From the NCBI GenBank assembly GCA_029259055.1, contig JAPDJP010000016.1:13019-77018 (forward strand): 64,000 nt of DNA, read 5' to 3'. Origin of the DNA: Thermoplasmatota archaeon. Its GTDB lineage: Archaea; Thermoplasmatota; E2; UBA202; JdFR-43. Of the stretch, positions 8,858 through 19,459 are shown in pieces. A program made the position numbers and the translations under genes. The notes beneath the pieces were generated by a model, which saw only the letters and a program-made list of their open reading frames with translations, did not search any database and had not been told where the DNA came from. Position 1 is the first letter of the stretch. The number at the start of each line of letters is the position of its first letter.

Positions 8858-9258
8858 AGGCTTTGTTATGCATCATTGTAATAATATTATGGGGATTATG
8901 GGCATTTTTATTTAAATTAGGAGCGGATGAAATAGGAATAAAAAAGGCCATATTCTATGCTTATTTGGCAGGTATAATTTTTAGTTTTGCCATAATATCC
9001 TACCTATTTCCTAAAAAACTCGAAATTAATAAAGGAGTTCTATTAATAATTCTAGCAACAGTTGTTGGTTTTTCGGGTACTATAATTTGGTATTTTATTT
9101 TACAAAAGTATAAAGCAAGTATAATAGTTTCGTTTACGGCTTTATACCCTGTTGTTACTGTTTTATTGAGTATTTTAATACTAAAAGAAAAATTATCGTT
9201 ACCCAATGCAATAGGAATAATTCTTGCAATAATAGCTGGCATTTTATTATCCATATAA
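8854..9258 (+). CDS. EamA/DMT-family small membrane transporter (4 TM)
   Basis: Four hydrophobic helices with an EamA-like pattern; start overlaps the stop of the previous ORF. Confidence 0.6.
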   Translation: MKALLCIIVIILWGLWAFLFKLGADEIGIKKAIFYAYLAGIIFSFAIISYLFPKKLEINKGVLLIILATVVGFSGTIIWYFILQKYKASIIVSFTALYPVVTVLLSILILKEKLSLPNAIGIILAIIAGILLSI

Positions 9259-9750
9259 TTTTATCAGATGTTCCACCAATATTTTAATTCCAATTGCAAT
9301 CAAAATAATCCCACCCACCATTTTACTTATTCCAATTCTTTTTGAAATGGAAAAACCGAGCAAACAGATAAAAAATGTTATTATGCCTATTATTAAAGCG
9401 GGGAGAAAAATCGCAATACCGATAAAAGATAAAGTTATGCCAACAGCAAATGCATCTATACTTGTTGCTATAGAGAGCAATATAATATTTATAGATTTGA
9501 AATCTTCGGATTCATAAATCATTTTTATGCCAATAACTGATAAAATAATAAAAGCAATCCAATGGTCTATGGAAGCAATGAATTTTTTTAATTCAATACC
9601 AATAAACCATCCAATTATCGGCATTATTGCTTGGAAACTTCCAAAAGAGAAGGATGCTTTAAAAACATATCTTTTATCTATAGCCATAGAAACAGCAAAT
9701 GCATCCATTGAAAGAGCTATTGCGATTGCTATCATTGATAGCAAATCCAT
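9247..9750 (-). CDS. mntP: Manganese efflux pump MntP family
   Basis: N-terminal ALSMDAFAVS motif and duplicated 3-TM halves typical of MntP/DUF204. Confidence 0.7.
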   Translation of the reverse strand: MDLLSMIAIAIALSMDAFAVSMAIDKRYVFKASFSFGSFQAIMPIIGWFIGIELKKFIASIDHWIAFIILSVIGIKMIYESEDFKSINIILLSIATSIDAFAVGITLSFIGIAIFLPALIIGIITFFICLLGFSISKRIGISKMVGGIILIAIGIKILVEHLIKLYG

Positions 9751-9778
9751 ATAATGTATTTCATTATTATATTAATAA

Positions 9779-10003
9779 ATGTCACTAATTGAAATTTTGA
9801 ATAAACTCAAATGGCATGAAAAATACGATTTTAATAAAGTTATAATATGGTATATAAATAGACCTGATGGAGTAAATTGCATAAGAGGGGAGCAAATAAA
9901 GAAAATTGGCAAAAAATTTTTAGAAACAGAAGGTAAATACATACCATATCACAGAATAATAAAAATTGAATATGAGGGAGAAATAATTTATAAGAAATCC
10001 TAA
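9779..10003 (+). CDS. Small conserved archaeal hypothetical protein (74 aa)
   Basis: ORF only. Confidence 0.4.
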   Translation: MSLIEILNKLKWHEKYDFNKVIIWYINRPDGVNCIRGEQIKKIGKKFLETEGKYIPYHRIIKIEYEGEIIYKKS

Positions 10004-11397
10004 AGAATCTTTACATATCTTATTTTACTACTTTCTACACTATTTCCAGCTTTATCATATGCTATTACTTTTAATTCATTGAATGAAAATCCTTGTGGGA
10101 GAGGAGCTGTATATGGAGCTACATAATCTTTCCATAGTATTTCATCATTCAATATGAATTCAACATAATCAATACCAGAAATACCATCATTTGCCTCCGC
10201 CTCCACAACAAATTTTCCAATTATTATTGTATTGCCAAATAAACTAGACATTATTTTTCTGTTCGCTATATATATGTATCCTTCCTTGGGAGAAACTATT
10301 TCTAAGGAAGGTATTTCTTTATCAATTCTTATTGTAAAATTCTTCTTTTCTTCAACATTTCCAGTTTTATCTATGCTATAAAAATGTATGGTATGAGAAC
10401 CATTTGTAGAAATACTAAATTCTTTTTCATATTTTTTCCATTCTCCATCATTTATTTTATAAAAAGTAGCATTGACTCCAGACAAGGCATCAGCAGCAAA
10501 TAACTTTATTTTTGCATTACTTACAATCCATCCATTTTTTCCATATTTTGCATTTATTGTATAATTAGTTTTTGGAGGGGTATAATCCATTTTTAAAGTG
10601 AAATTTTTCTCTTTTTCAGCATTACCAGCATTATCCGTGCTATAAAAATATACTTTATTTATTCCTTCGTTGCTCACATTAAAGCTCCCATTATATACAA
10701 TCCATTCTCCATCATTTATTTTATAAAAAGTAGCATTGACTCCAGATAAATTATCCTTTGATGACAAGGTTACCATAACTTCTTTATTATACCATTCCTT
10801 TACCTCTGATAAATTATATGTAGTTTGAGGAGGGGTTACATCTATTAAAACAAAAATAGTATCTTTGGCGGAAGCATTATCATTATCATATACTGTTAAA
10901 TTTACAGTATAAAAGCCTTCATTACTATATGTGTGCGCAATTATACTTCCATAAGATGTTTTTCCATCTCCAAAATCCCATACATATTTTACTATGGAGC
11001 CGTCAACATCATAACTTAAATTTGCATTAAAAATTACAGTATAGTTATTCAGTATTATATTTTCCCCAGCATCTGCAACTGGAGGAACGTTTAGTATTGT
11101 TATATTTTTTTGTATATAATCCATATTTCCATTTGCATCCCATATAACCAGTCTAACTGAATATATTCCATTATCGGGATATTTATAAGTTGGATTTTTT
11201 TCTGTACTGCTATTTCCATCTCCAAAATACCAAATCCAAACTACAATATCTCCGGTGGAATTATCAAAAAATTTTACAAATTCTGTATCTGTTGGTTGAT
11301 ACGGCTCCCAATAAAAATCTGCTTTTAAATCATTGCTGGAATTTATTGGAGGTATAAAACACATGAGTATTCCCAGTAGCAAGATCACCTTCCTCAT
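10000..11397 (-). CDS. Secreted PKD-domain surface protein with tandem Ig-like repeats
   Basis: Signal peptide MRKVILLLGILMCF; two PKD motifs (WYFGDGNSS...NGN and WDFGDGKTS...YDNDNA); two ~88-aa repeats containing FYKINDGEW; C-terminal IKVIAYDKAGN Ig-like motif. Confidence 0.8.
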   Translation of the reverse strand: MRKVILLLGILMCFIPPINSSNDLKADFYWEPYQPTDTEFVKFFDNSTGDIVVWIWYFGDGNSSTEKNPTYKYPDNGIYSVRLVIWDANGNMDYIQKNITILNVPPVADAGENIILNNYTVIFNANLSYDVDGSIVKYVWDFGDGKTSYGSIIAHTYSNEGFYTVNLTVYDNDNASAKDTIFVLIDVTPPQTTYNLSEVKEWYNKEVMVTLSSKDNLSGVNATFYKINDGEWIVYNGSFNVSNEGINKVYFYSTDNAGNAEKEKNFTLKMDYTPPKTNYTINAKYGKNGWIVSNAKIKLFAADALSGVNATFYKINDGEWKKYEKEFSISTNGSHTIHFYSIDKTGNVEEKKNFTIRIDKEIPSLEIVSPKEGYIYIANRKIMSSLFGNTIIIGKFVVEAEANDGISGIDYVEFILNDEILWKDYVAPYTAPLPQGFSFNELKVIAYDKAGNSVESSKIRYVKIL

Positions 11398-11407
11398 ATA
11401 AATCAGC

Positions 11408-11806
11408 TCAAAAATTGTTTTGGTTATTTATGTATTTCGATACCCCTTCTGAAGAAATTCTAATAATGGTTTTTATTCCTCCTCTTATATTAAAATCTCC
11501 TATTACTTCTATATATCTTGGGGAAAGTTTCTCTTTCAAATCATTAAATATCCTATTTGTTGCTTCTTCATGCGTCATATATTTATCTCTAAAAGAATTC
11601 AAATAATGTTTTAATGACCTTAATTCAATTATATATTTATCTGGGATATATCTTATTTTTATAGTTGCAAAATCTGGATAGCCAGAGCGAGGACACAAAC
11701 AAGTAAATTCTGGAAAAGAAATTTCAATTAAATAATCCTTTTCTTGGGAAGGGTTTTCCCATAATTCAAGCTTGGCCTCCTTTATGGCTTTCTCCCCATA
11801 TTTCAT
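11408..11806 (-). CDS. QueF-family protein (7-cyano-7-deazaguanine reductase fold); in an archaeon it may be the QueF-like archaeosine amidinotransferase
   Basis: T-fold protein with the catalytic Cys in [13 protein letters not shown] and an ELRSLKHYL segment resembling the QueF E(S/L)K(S/A)hK(L/Y)(Y/F/W) motif; 132 aa, unimodular. Confidence 0.65.
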   Translation of the reverse strand: MKYGEKAIKEAKLELWENPSQEKDYLIEISFPEFTCLCPRSGYPDFATIKIRYIPDKYIIELRSLKHYLNSFRDKYMTHEEATNRIFNDLKEKLSPRYIEVIGDFNIRGGIKTIIRISSEGVSKYINNQNNF

Positions 11807-11807
11807 T

Positions 11808-12191
11808 TCACAAAATTTCCTCTATTTCCAACCTATTTCCTCCCCTCAGATAAATTACTGGGAGATTATATTTTTTTGCCTTCTTTTTCAATTCCTTATC
11901 ATTTGTTACTATTGCTGCATCCATTTTCAATGCTGTTTCAATAACTCCATCATCTCCTTTATTTTCTGTTTCAACTAATCTAAACCCTTTTTTCTTTATT
12001 ATACTTAATCCAAGTTTTGCAGCTCTTCCTACCTCCCCCTCCTCTTCCGCCAGTCTTTCCATTTCTTCAACAACCGTTCTTGGAATAATTATTCTGCATA
12101 TGCCCAACAACCTGTTCAATTCTTTCTCAATATTTATACCAAACTGATAAGGCATCATAAGAGCATTTGTATCCAAAACCACTGCTCTCAT
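11808..12191 (-). CDS. PIN-domain protein (COG1412-like), conserved downstream partner of eIF2-gamma
   Basis: VLDTNAL acidic motif at the N-terminus. ATG at 12191 overlaps the eIF2-gamma stop (ATGA). The track ORF extends 10 codons further upstream. Confidence 0.7.
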   Translation of the reverse strand: MRAVVLDTNALMMPYQFGINIEKELNRLLGICRIIIPRTVVEEMERLAEEEGEVGRAAKLGLSIIKKKGFRLVETENKGDDGVIETALKMDAAIVTNDKELKKKAKKYNLPVIYLRGGNRLEIEEIL

Positions 12192-13414
12192 TTTATCTCC
12201 CCATATCCAATTAACCTCCACCTACCCATTATACTTCTTGAAATTGCTATTCTTTGCCCTTCTTCGGCGCAAACTGGTATTTTTAAGACAACTTCCATAT
12301 AATCATGCTTTATATGTTTTACTATTCCTACCGTTGTTGCTGTTCCAACAGTTAGCATTAATGCTTCATTTACTTTTATTTCACTTATCTTTTTTTTCTC
12401 CTTTTCTCCCATTACTCTATTTAATAGATTTATATCCATCTGCAATTCATAAAAAACTGGTGGGAGTTTACCTTCTTTTCCCACAACCTTTCCAGCCAAT
12501 GCATCCGCCTTTGTTAAAGAAGGGTCAAGATATGTTCCTATTCCTAAAAGCCCGCCAGGTCCAGCTTCTTCTACCATTTCCCCACCAGTTATAATGGAAG
12601 CAATTTCAGTAAAAATTGGTTCATATCTTACCTTTCCATGTTCTTCCACTCTTTTTCCCGGTCTTATTTCTATTTTATCTCCCACTCTTAAAACTCCTTG
12701 TTTTAATGAACCACCAATTACCCCTCCTTTTAAATCTTTTGGCTTTGTTCCAGGTTTATTCACATCGAAGCTTCTTGCTGTATACATTAGGGGTGGCTTG
12801 CTTTTATCCCTTTTTGGGGTGGGAATAAATTCCTCTATTGCCATAATAAGAGTATCTAAATTTACTTCATGGTGGGCGGAAATTGGTATAATAGGAGAGT
12901 TTTCTGCGCACGTGCCTTCTATAAATTCTAAAATTTGTTCGTAATTTTTCCTTGCCTCCTCAGGGCTAACCAAATCTATTTTATTTTGCACAATTACAAT
13001 ATTTTTGGCTCCAACTATATCTAAAGCCATTAAATGCTCTTCTGTTTGGGGCTGGGGGCAGGGTTCATTGGCAGCGATTAATAGCAAAGCCCCATCCATT
13101 ATGGCGGCACCCGATATAACAACAGCCATTAGTGTTTCGTGCCCTGGAGCATCAACAAAAGAAACTTTTCTTAATAGCTCTGTTTCCTCTCCACAATGAG
13201 GACAAACTGGCTTTGTTGAATAGCATAAAGGCTCTGGGCAATTCGGACATTTATAAAAAGAGGTATCAGCATATCCAAGTTTTATAGAAATTCCTCTTTT
13301 TAATTCCTCAGAATGCTCATCTGTCCATTTCCCAGTCAATGCTTGAGTTAATGTTGTTTTTCCGTGGTCTACATGTCCAACCATCCCAATGTTTATTTCT
13401 GGCTGCCTACTCAT
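12188..13414 (-). CDS. eif2g: Translation initiation factor 2 subunit gamma
   Basis: GTPase motifs [19 protein letters not shown], plus the zinc-knuckle CPNCPE...CPHCG. Confidence 0.95.
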   Translation of the reverse strand: MSRQPEINIGMVGHVDHGKTTLTQALTGKWTDEHSEELKRGISIKLGYADTSFYKCPNCPEPLCYSTKPVCPHCGEETELLRKVSFVDAPGHETLMAVVISGAAIMDGALLLIAANEPCPQPQTEEHLMALDIVGAKNIVIVQNKIDLVSPEEARKNYEQILEFIEGTCAENSPIIPISAHHEVNLDTLIMAIEEFIPTPKRDKSKPPLMYTARSFDVNKPGTKPKDLKGGVIGGSLKQGVLRVGDKIEIRPGKRVEEHGKVRYEPIFTEIASIITGGEMVEEAGPGGLLGIGTYLDPSLTKADALAGKVVGKEGKLPPVFYELQMDINLLNRVMGEKEKKKISEIKVNEALMLTVGTATTVGIVKHIKHDYMEVVLKIPVCAEEGQRIAISRSIMGRWRLIGYGEIK

Positions 13415-13812
13415 TCTTTCTTCTCCTCCAATTTGCCAGCAGCTTTTAATAATTCCTCAATTGGTTTTGCCCCTCTTTTTATAACCTTCATATTTATTTG
13501 AGCTATATTCAAGCTTATTGTATTTCCGCAAAATGTTTTTCTTTTTCTTACTCCTTTATCTTTTGGATGAAATCCAACGCTTTCCGCTGTAAGAACTCTC
13601 CTTCTTCCAATTCCTGGTATATCCTTTCTCATAATAAAGCCATCTTTATCTGTCCCTCCAGTTATTTGCAATTTATAGCCAGGCAACGAAACAAATATTC
13701 CATCTACTTCATCTCCTATCTTTTTTCCAATCAAAGAGTTTGCATGATGCCCATCTACTATAATCTGCCAACTCTTTGGCCCATCACTTATCACTACTTT
13801 AAATTCTGCCAT
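13411..13812 (-). CDS. rps6e: 30S ribosomal protein S6e
   Basis: S6e-like sequence [12 protein letters not shown]...KIGDEVDG...GGTDKDGF; overlaps the eIF2-gamma start. Confidence 0.85.
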   Translation of the reverse strand: MAEFKVVISDGPKSWQIIVDGHHANSLIGKKIGDEVDGIFVSLPGYKLQITGGTDKDGFIMRKDIPGIGRRRVLTAESVGFHPKDKGVRKRKTFCGNTISLNIAQINMKVIKRGAKPIEELLKAAGKLEEKKE

Positions 13813-13862
13813 TATGTGAGCAATAAAAATGCCTTTTAATATTTTTGGTCGCTTCCTACTTT

Positions 13863-15491
13863 TTATTTCTGTTGCTCTTCTTTAGCCCACATTTCAAGCT
13901 TTCTTTTCCTTTCTCTTTCCCTTAATTCAACTCTCCTTATTTTACCACTTATTGTTTTTGGAAGGCTGTCTACAAATTCTATTTCTCTTGGATATTTATA
14001 TGGTGCTGTCTGTTGCTTAACAAAGTTTTGTAATTCTTTAATGAGCTCTTCGCTTGGTTCATATCCCTTAGCAAGGACAACAAATGCCTTTACTATATTA
14101 CCTCTAATTTTATCTGGCGAAGCAACAACAGCTGCTTCAACAACAGCAGGATGTTTTACTAATGCATCTTCTACTTCAAATGGTCCTATTCTGTAGCCAG
14201 AGGATTTTATGACATCATCTGCTCTTCCTTCAAACCATATATAACCATCTTCATCCATTCTTGCTAAATCACCAGTTAAATACAAACCATTTACAGCAAG
14301 CTCTTCCAGACTCTTTCCATTCCAGTATCCAACCATTAAGCCAGGATGCGTTATTGGAACAGCTATTTGCCCTACTTGTCCAACTGGCACTTCTTTTCCT
14401 TCTTCATCCACAAGCTTTATGTCGGCGCCTGGCATTGGCTTGCCCATTGAGCCTGGTTTTACTTTTATGCCATCATAGTTGCATACTAAGCCCGTTGTTT
14501 CTGTTTGTCCATAGCCATCGTAAATAAGGAGACCATAAGCTTTGTAGAATCGATCTATAACTTCTCTATTCAGAGCTTCTCCAGCACTTAAGAATTTTTT
14601 CATATCGGACAGGTCATAACTTTCCAAATCTTCTTGAGCCCACATTCTGTATTCCGTTGGAGTTGCACAAAGTCTATTTACCCTATACTTTTCCATTAAT
14701 TCCAAAAATTTAGCTGGTTTAAAGCGCCCATTGTAAATGAGCTGACTTGCTCCTATAGCTAATGCAACACCAATAGGACTCCAGAACCACTTTGCCCATC
14801 CAGGGCTTGTAGTAGCCCAAAGCAATTCATTTGGTTTTGCATTCCACCAGTATACAGCGTTTGTTTTTGACATACAATAAATCCATGCATGATTATGCAT
14901 TACCCCCTTAGGATCTCCTGTTGTTCCAGAAGTATAATTGATTGTCATTATATCTGTTGATTTTATTTTTTCTTTTTCAAGATGGCGAGATTGCTTTGGC
15001 ATTTCTTTTTCATAGCTGAGCCATCCATCTTTTTCCCCACCAACAACAATATAATTTTCAACTGGGATTTTATTCCTAACTTTATCTACTTCTTCCGTTG
15101 AATCCATAGAGGCAATGATTGTTTTCGCTTGACAATTAACAGCCCTATATTCAATATCTTTTGCCCTTAGCATATCTGGACATGGAACGACGATTGCTCC
15201 TATTTTGAAGCTTCCTATTTGGCTAACAAAAACTTCAGGAATTCTGGGCATTATAACCATTATTCTATCTCCTTTTTTCATTCCCAAGCTTCTTAGCAAA
15301 TTACCAAATCTATTTGATTCGTCTCTTAGCTCCCAGTAAGTCATTTTTCCCTTATTTCCTTCTGCATCTTCCCAATACACAGCTACTTTACTCCTATCTT
15401 CAGCATGCTTGTCAACTACATCAGCTATAGAATAGTATTCTGGCACATCCCACTTAAAATTTTTCACCCATTCTTCGTATTTATCTTCCAT
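13863..15491 (-). CDS. AMP-forming acyl-CoA synthetase (acetyl/medium-chain-CoA ligase family)
   Basis: TSGTTGDPKGV AMP-binding motif, YGQTE, and the C-terminal PKTISGKIRR motif. Confidence 0.9.
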   Translation of the reverse strand: MEDKYEEWVKNFKWDVPEYYSIADVVDKHAEDRSKVAVYWEDAEGNKGKMTYWELRDESNRFGNLLRSLGMKKGDRIMVIMPRIPEVFVSQIGSFKIGAIVVPCPDMLRAKDIEYRAVNCQAKTIIASMDSTEEVDKVRNKIPVENYIVVGGEKDGWLSYEKEMPKQSRHLEKEKIKSTDIMTINYTSGTTGDPKGVMHNHAWIYCMSKTNAVYWWNAKPNELLWATTSPGWAKWFWSPIGVALAIGASQLIYNGRFKPAKFLELMEKYRVNRLCATPTEYRMWAQEDLESYDLSDMKKFLSAGEALNREVIDRFYKAYGLLIYDGYGQTETTGLVCNYDGIKVKPGSMGKPMPGADIKLVDEEGKEVPVGQVGQIAVPITHPGLMVGYWNGKSLEELAVNGLYLTGDLARMDEDGYIWFEGRADDVIKSSGYRIGPFEVEDALVKHPAVVEAAVVASPDKIRGNIVKAFVVLAKGYEPSEELIKELQNFVKQQTAPYKYPREIEFVDSLPKTISGKIRRVELRERERKRKLEMWAKEEQQK

Positions 15492-15750
15492 GTTTGTGGA
15501 ATTGTGTATCCATTATTAATAATTTCGATGAAAAGAGATAGTTGTGATAAAATACCTATGATGATTCTCATTCATACAGGATTATTTTCTACAATTAATG
15601 AAAAAATGCTGATGCAATAAATGTTGAATGGAAGATGTGGTTAGACTGCAACATTTTGCTAATTTCCCCGGTTTTAGTTTTCTTAAATTAAAAGCCACTG
15701 CGAAAGTAGTTTTCATTTTATTAAAAGCATATTGAAATTTTTGATAAAAC

Positions 15751-15758
15751 TTATATAA
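15751..15758 (+). promoter_or_regulatory. TATA-box-like element (TTATATAA) 22 nt upstream of the GTPase start codon
   Basis: A/T octamer at the canonical archaeal distance, with a purine-rich BRE-like AAAAC just upstream; implies a leaderless or very short-leader transcript. Confidence 0.45.
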
Positions 15759-15780
15759 GAGCATTTAATGTTTAAACGAA

Positions 15781-16416
15781 ATGGGAATATTTAGCAAACT
15801 ATCGCAATGGCTTCTATCTATTTTTGGTAAGAGACATGTTAGAATAGGTATATATGGACCTCCAAATGCTGGTAAGACAACTTTGGCAAATAGGATTGCA
15901 ATGGATTGGGCTGGCGAGATTGTGGGAGAGGTATCGGAAATTCCTCACGAAACAAGGAAAATACAGAAAAAAGATAGAATAGTAATAAAAGATGGAAAAT
16001 CATCACTTACAATCGATTTAATCGATACTCCCGGAATAGCAACAAAAATTGATTACCATGATTTTATGGCTTATGGATTAAGCGAGGAAGAAGCAAAAAA
16101 AAGAGCAAAAGAGGCAACAGAAGGAGTAATAGAAGCTATTAAATGGCTTGATAGTTTAGATGGTGTTATTCTATTGCTGGATAGCACAAAAAATCCTTTT
16201 ACTCAAGTTAATATAACAATTTTGGGAAATTTGGAAGCAAGGGAGCTTCCTTTTATTATTGCTGCAAATAAAGTTGATTTAAATGGTTCAACACCAGCAA
16301 CCTTAAAATCAGCTTTTCCACAACATGATGTCGTGCCAATATCCGCTTTAACTGGATTAAATATGAATTTATTGTATGAAGCAATGGTAAAAAAGTTCTC
16401 AAAAAGAAAAAAATAA
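15781..16416 (+). CDS. Small GTP-binding protein (archaeal predicted GTPase)
   Basis: G1 GPPNAGKT, G3 DTPG, G4 NKVD. Confidence 0.8.
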   Translation: MGIFSKLSQWLLSIFGKRHVRIGIYGPPNAGKTTLANRIAMDWAGEIVGEVSEIPHETRKIQKKDRIVIKDGKSSLTIDLIDTPGIATKIDYHDFMAYGLSEEEAKKRAKEATEGVIEAIKWLDSLDGVILLLDSTKNPFTQVNITILGNLEARELPFIIAANKVDLNGSTPATLKSAFPQHDVVPISALTGLNMNLLYEAMVKKFSKRKK

Positions 16417-16426
16417 AGGGGAGAAA

Positions 16427-16771
16427 ATGGAGGGAATAAGAGTAAATTTCATATCATACGAAAAGCTGAGCGGTTTATCTATGGAGGAAAAGCTAAAATT
16501 TATCCTAAAAGAAGTTGAAAAGGGACAGATATTAGTATTAGAAAAAGGGTTGACACCTGAAGAACAAACAAAACTAATAGAAATGACAATGAAAAATATA
16601 AATGAAAGATTTGCTGGTATAGAAATGGAAAGTTATATGGAAGAAAAGCCGAGTTTTTGGCACAGATTGTTAGGAAAAAATAGGGCAAGAATGACTGTTG
16701 TTGCACCAGCCAATAAATTAAAAACTATATATAAGGATAAGAATATAATAAAAGCAATTATAAAGAGATAA
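16427..16771 (+). CDS. Conserved archaeal hypothetical protein (DUF2073-like) downstream of the GTPase
   Basis: ORF of 114 aa, co-oriented with the GTPase and 10 nt after it. Confidence 0.5.
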   Translation: MEGIRVNFISYEKLSGLSMEEKLKFILKEVEKGQILVLEKGLTPEEQTKLIEMTMKNINERFAGIEMESYMEEKPSFWHRLLGKNRARMTVVAPANKLKTIYKDKNIIKAIIKR

Positions 16772-16772
16772 G

Positions 16773-17186
16773 ATGCCTCATCAATGTTTAAAATGCGGAA
16801 AGGTATATGAAGATTCAAAATATGTTATAGATGGTTGTCCAAATTGTGGAGGAAAAAGTTTTTATTATACAAAAAAACCTTTAGATGAGAAGAAAAGACA
16901 AGAAATTCTAAAAGAAATAGAAAATAAAGAAAATAGAGAATTTATAAACATAGATATAAAAAAAGAAAAAATTGAAGATATTTTAGAAGAAATAAGGAAA
17001 AGAAAGGAAGAAGCCCTAAGAGAAGCAGAAAAACTTGGTAAGAAAGTTGAAAGTATAAGCGTTAAGCAAGTGGGAGAATATGAAATAAATGTAAAGAGAT
17101 TAATAGAGGAAGGAACAATAATAATTTACAAAGAAGGTGCTTACTATATTTATTTACCCTCCCTTTTTAAGACCCCAAAAAGATAA
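16773..17186 (+). CDS. Zinc-ribbon protein (DUF2072-like)
   Basis: N-terminal CLKCG...CPNCGG zinc ribbon, then a charged helical region; starts 1 nt after the previous stop. Confidence 0.55.
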   Translation: MPHQCLKCGKVYEDSKYVIDGCPNCGGKSFYYTKKPLDEKKRQEILKEIENKENREFINIDIKKEKIEDILEEIRKRKEEALREAEKLGKKVESISVKQVGEYEINVKRLIEEGTIIIYKEGAYYIYLPSLFKTPKR

Positions 17187-17210
17187 TAAAGGGAAGAGCA
17201 TTTCAACAGC

Positions 17211-17969
17211 ATGATTAGGGACATAGATATTACAAGAATAATTGTAGAGGAATTTTTAAATGATTTCCTAAAAAGTATAGAAATAGATGTAGCGATTGTT
17301 GGTGCGGGACCATCCGGCTTAACAGCTGCAAAATATATTGCAGAAAAAGAAAAAAAAGTAATAATATTTGAAAGAAAACTATCACCTGGAGGCGGAATGT
17401 GGGGAGGAGGCATTGGATATCCGATTATTGTTTTAAAGCAAGGTTATGAGATTTTGGAAGAAGCAGGCGTTAAATGCAAAGAAAAAGATGGCTATTGGGT
17501 AGCAAATGCTATAGAAGCGGTTGCAAAACTTGTATCATCTGCCATAAACGCTGGGGCAAAAATTTTCAATGGGATGACCGTTGAAGATGTTATAGTAAAA
17601 GATGGAAAAGTCAATGGAGTCGTTATAAACTGGTCTTCAATTATGGAAGCTGGATTACATGTTGACCCAGTTTCAATAGAAGCAAAAGCTGTTATAGATG
17701 CAACTGGTCATGATTGTAATGTTGCAAAAATAGTTGAGAAAAAATATGGATTAAAAACCCCTACAGGAAAAATTGAGGGAGAGAAGGCAATGTGGGCTGA
17801 TGAAGGAGAAAGAAAAACTTTGGAAAATACGGGAGAAATATTTCCTGGATTATATGTAACAGGAATGGCGGCTAATGCTGTTATGGGAGCACCTAGAATG
17901 GGTCCAATTTTTGGAGGAATGCTACTATCTGGAAAAAAAGTTGCAGAAATGGTATTAAAAAGAATTTAA
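17211..17969 (+). CDS. thi4: Thiamine thiazole synthase Thi4 / ribose-1,5-bisphosphate isomerase family
   Basis: FAD/NAD-binding AIVGAGPSGLTAA; Thi4-like length and conserved GM(E/A) region. Confidence 0.85.
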   Translation: MIRDIDITRIIVEEFLNDFLKSIEIDVAIVGAGPSGLTAAKYIAEKEKKVIIFERKLSPGGGMWGGGIGYPIIVLKQGYEILEEAGVKCKEKDGYWVANAIEAVAKLVSSAINAGAKIFNGMTVEDVIVKDGKVNGVVINWSSIMEAGLHVDPVSIEAKAVIDATGHDCNVAKIVEKKYGLKTPTGKIEGEKAMWADEGERKTLENTGEIFPGLYVTGMAANAVMGAPRMGPIFGGMLLSGKKVAEMVLKRI

Positions 17970-18754
17970 TCCTTCTTTATTTCTATTTTATCATCCATAT
18001 AAATACGCATTCCATCAATTGCAGCTATTGTAGGAACACCAGCATTTTGAGTAATCCAATTTGCTTGTTTTGTTGCATTGCTCAATACTTTCAATCCCAT
18101 ATGTGTTAAAATTGCAAGCTCCGGCTTTATTTCTCTTACTAGTTCAGCAGCTTCCTCAGTTGACATGTGAAAGGGTATTTTGCCATTTAAAGGGCGAGTT
18201 AAACATATAATTAGCAATCTTGCGCCCTTATGAGCAGTAATTAGTCCATCAAAAAGTTGGGTATCACTTGTATATGATATTGCACCGCTATCCAACATTA
18301 ATTTGAAACCAATAGTTGTAGGGTCTGAATGAAGAGCTGGAGTAATATAAATTTCATATAAATCCTTTATGAGGAATTTATCATTTGGTTTAGCAACCTT
18401 TATTTCTCTAACAATTTTTTTATGATAAAAAGAAATAGGGGTATATCCCTCTATACCATTTATTACACTCTCACTCCCAATAAGTAATCCCCTTTTGCTT
18501 TTCCCTCCTAAAGTCATTGCTTCTATCAATATTTCAGCATCCGTATAATGGTCTGGATGAGCATGAGAAACAAAAATAACATCTGTTTGAGTAGGATCCA
18601 GACCCAATTCATACATTTTTACTAATGCTCCTGGTCCAGGGTCCACATGCATAAGGAGACCTTTGTCAGCAATATATATACCGCCTGTTGCCCTTTTTTG
18701 AAATATTGTCGCGAATCTCCCCCCGCCAGTTCCTATGAAAGTAATTTTTGCCAT
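17966..18754 (-). CDS. Metallo-beta-lactamase-fold hydrolase
   Basis: HAHPDHY motif and a downstream His; N-terminal KITFIGTGGG. Confidence 0.75.
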   Translation of the reverse strand: MAKITFIGTGGGRFATIFQKRATGGIYIADKGLLMHVDPGPGALVKMYELGLDPTQTDVIFVSHAHPDHYTDAEILIEAMTLGGKSKRGLLIGSESVINGIEGYTPISFYHKKIVREIKVAKPNDKFLIKDLYEIYITPALHSDPTTIGFKLMLDSGAISYTSDTQLFDGLITAHKGARLLIICLTRPLNGKIPFHMSTEEAAELVREIKPELAILTHMGLKVLSNATKQANWITQNAGVPTIAAIDGMRIYMDDKIEIKKD

Positions 18755-18838
18755 TATATGTAATACTTTTTTGCCTATTATATTTACTGTACAAATAAAA
18801 GGAAATAATAAAACTTAATAACAGGATATGATATACTA

Positions 18839-19459
18839 TTGATGGATATTATAGCTTTCATTGCGGGACTAATTGTAGGAATTGTGGCAGTTTCAATAGC
18901 AGTTGAGTTTGCTTGGAAAAAAAGCATGCCAGAAAAAACTTGTAAATTATTAAAAAAATGGGATTTAGCAACGCTTAGAAATCCATTAATTGTTGCTGAA
19001 AAATTAAGCATAACTCCTCCTCCAGATGCAAAAATAGTTGTAGCAACTCCAACTTCTTTAGAAAATGCTAGGGAAAATCCAGATGTAAAAGGAAATTTTG
19101 CAGTAGGGTTGAATAAAGCTTATATTTTTGCTGGAGAAATAAAAGAAGGACAGCTGGCTTTTGTAACATCAGATGATGATATATTAAGGGAATTAAGGGA
19201 AATTTTTTATGGATATTATAAAGTTAAAGAGAGAGTAACATCATATGTCCCTAAGGAAGGCAAAGTTAAAATTAGGGGAATTGTAAGAGCTGTATTTCCT
19301 TATAGAGATGGCTATTTAATGAGATTATCATATGAGGAAGGAATAGTTGGCGTTATATTGAAAGAGAGGATGGATATTGAGGGAAAGAGAGTTGAAGTTG
19401 AGGGAGAGGTAATAGAATATCCATTTATTAAACCTACAAATATAACGATATTAGATTAA
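18839..19459 (+). CDS. Membrane-anchored hypothetical protein (single N-terminal TM)
   Basis: N-terminal helix IIAFIAGLIVGIVAVSIAV. Stop abuts the mtaD start (translational coupling). Confidence 0.5.
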   Translation: MMDIIAFIAGLIVGIVAVSIAVEFAWKKSMPEKTCKLLKKWDLATLRNPLIVAEKLSITPPPDAKIVVATPTSLENARENPDVKGNFAVGLNKAYIFAGEIKEGQLAFVTSDDDILRELREIFYGYYKVKERVTSYVPKEGKVKIRGIVRAVFPYRDGYLMRLSYEEGIVGVILKERMDIEGKRVEVEGEVIEYPFIKPTNITILD

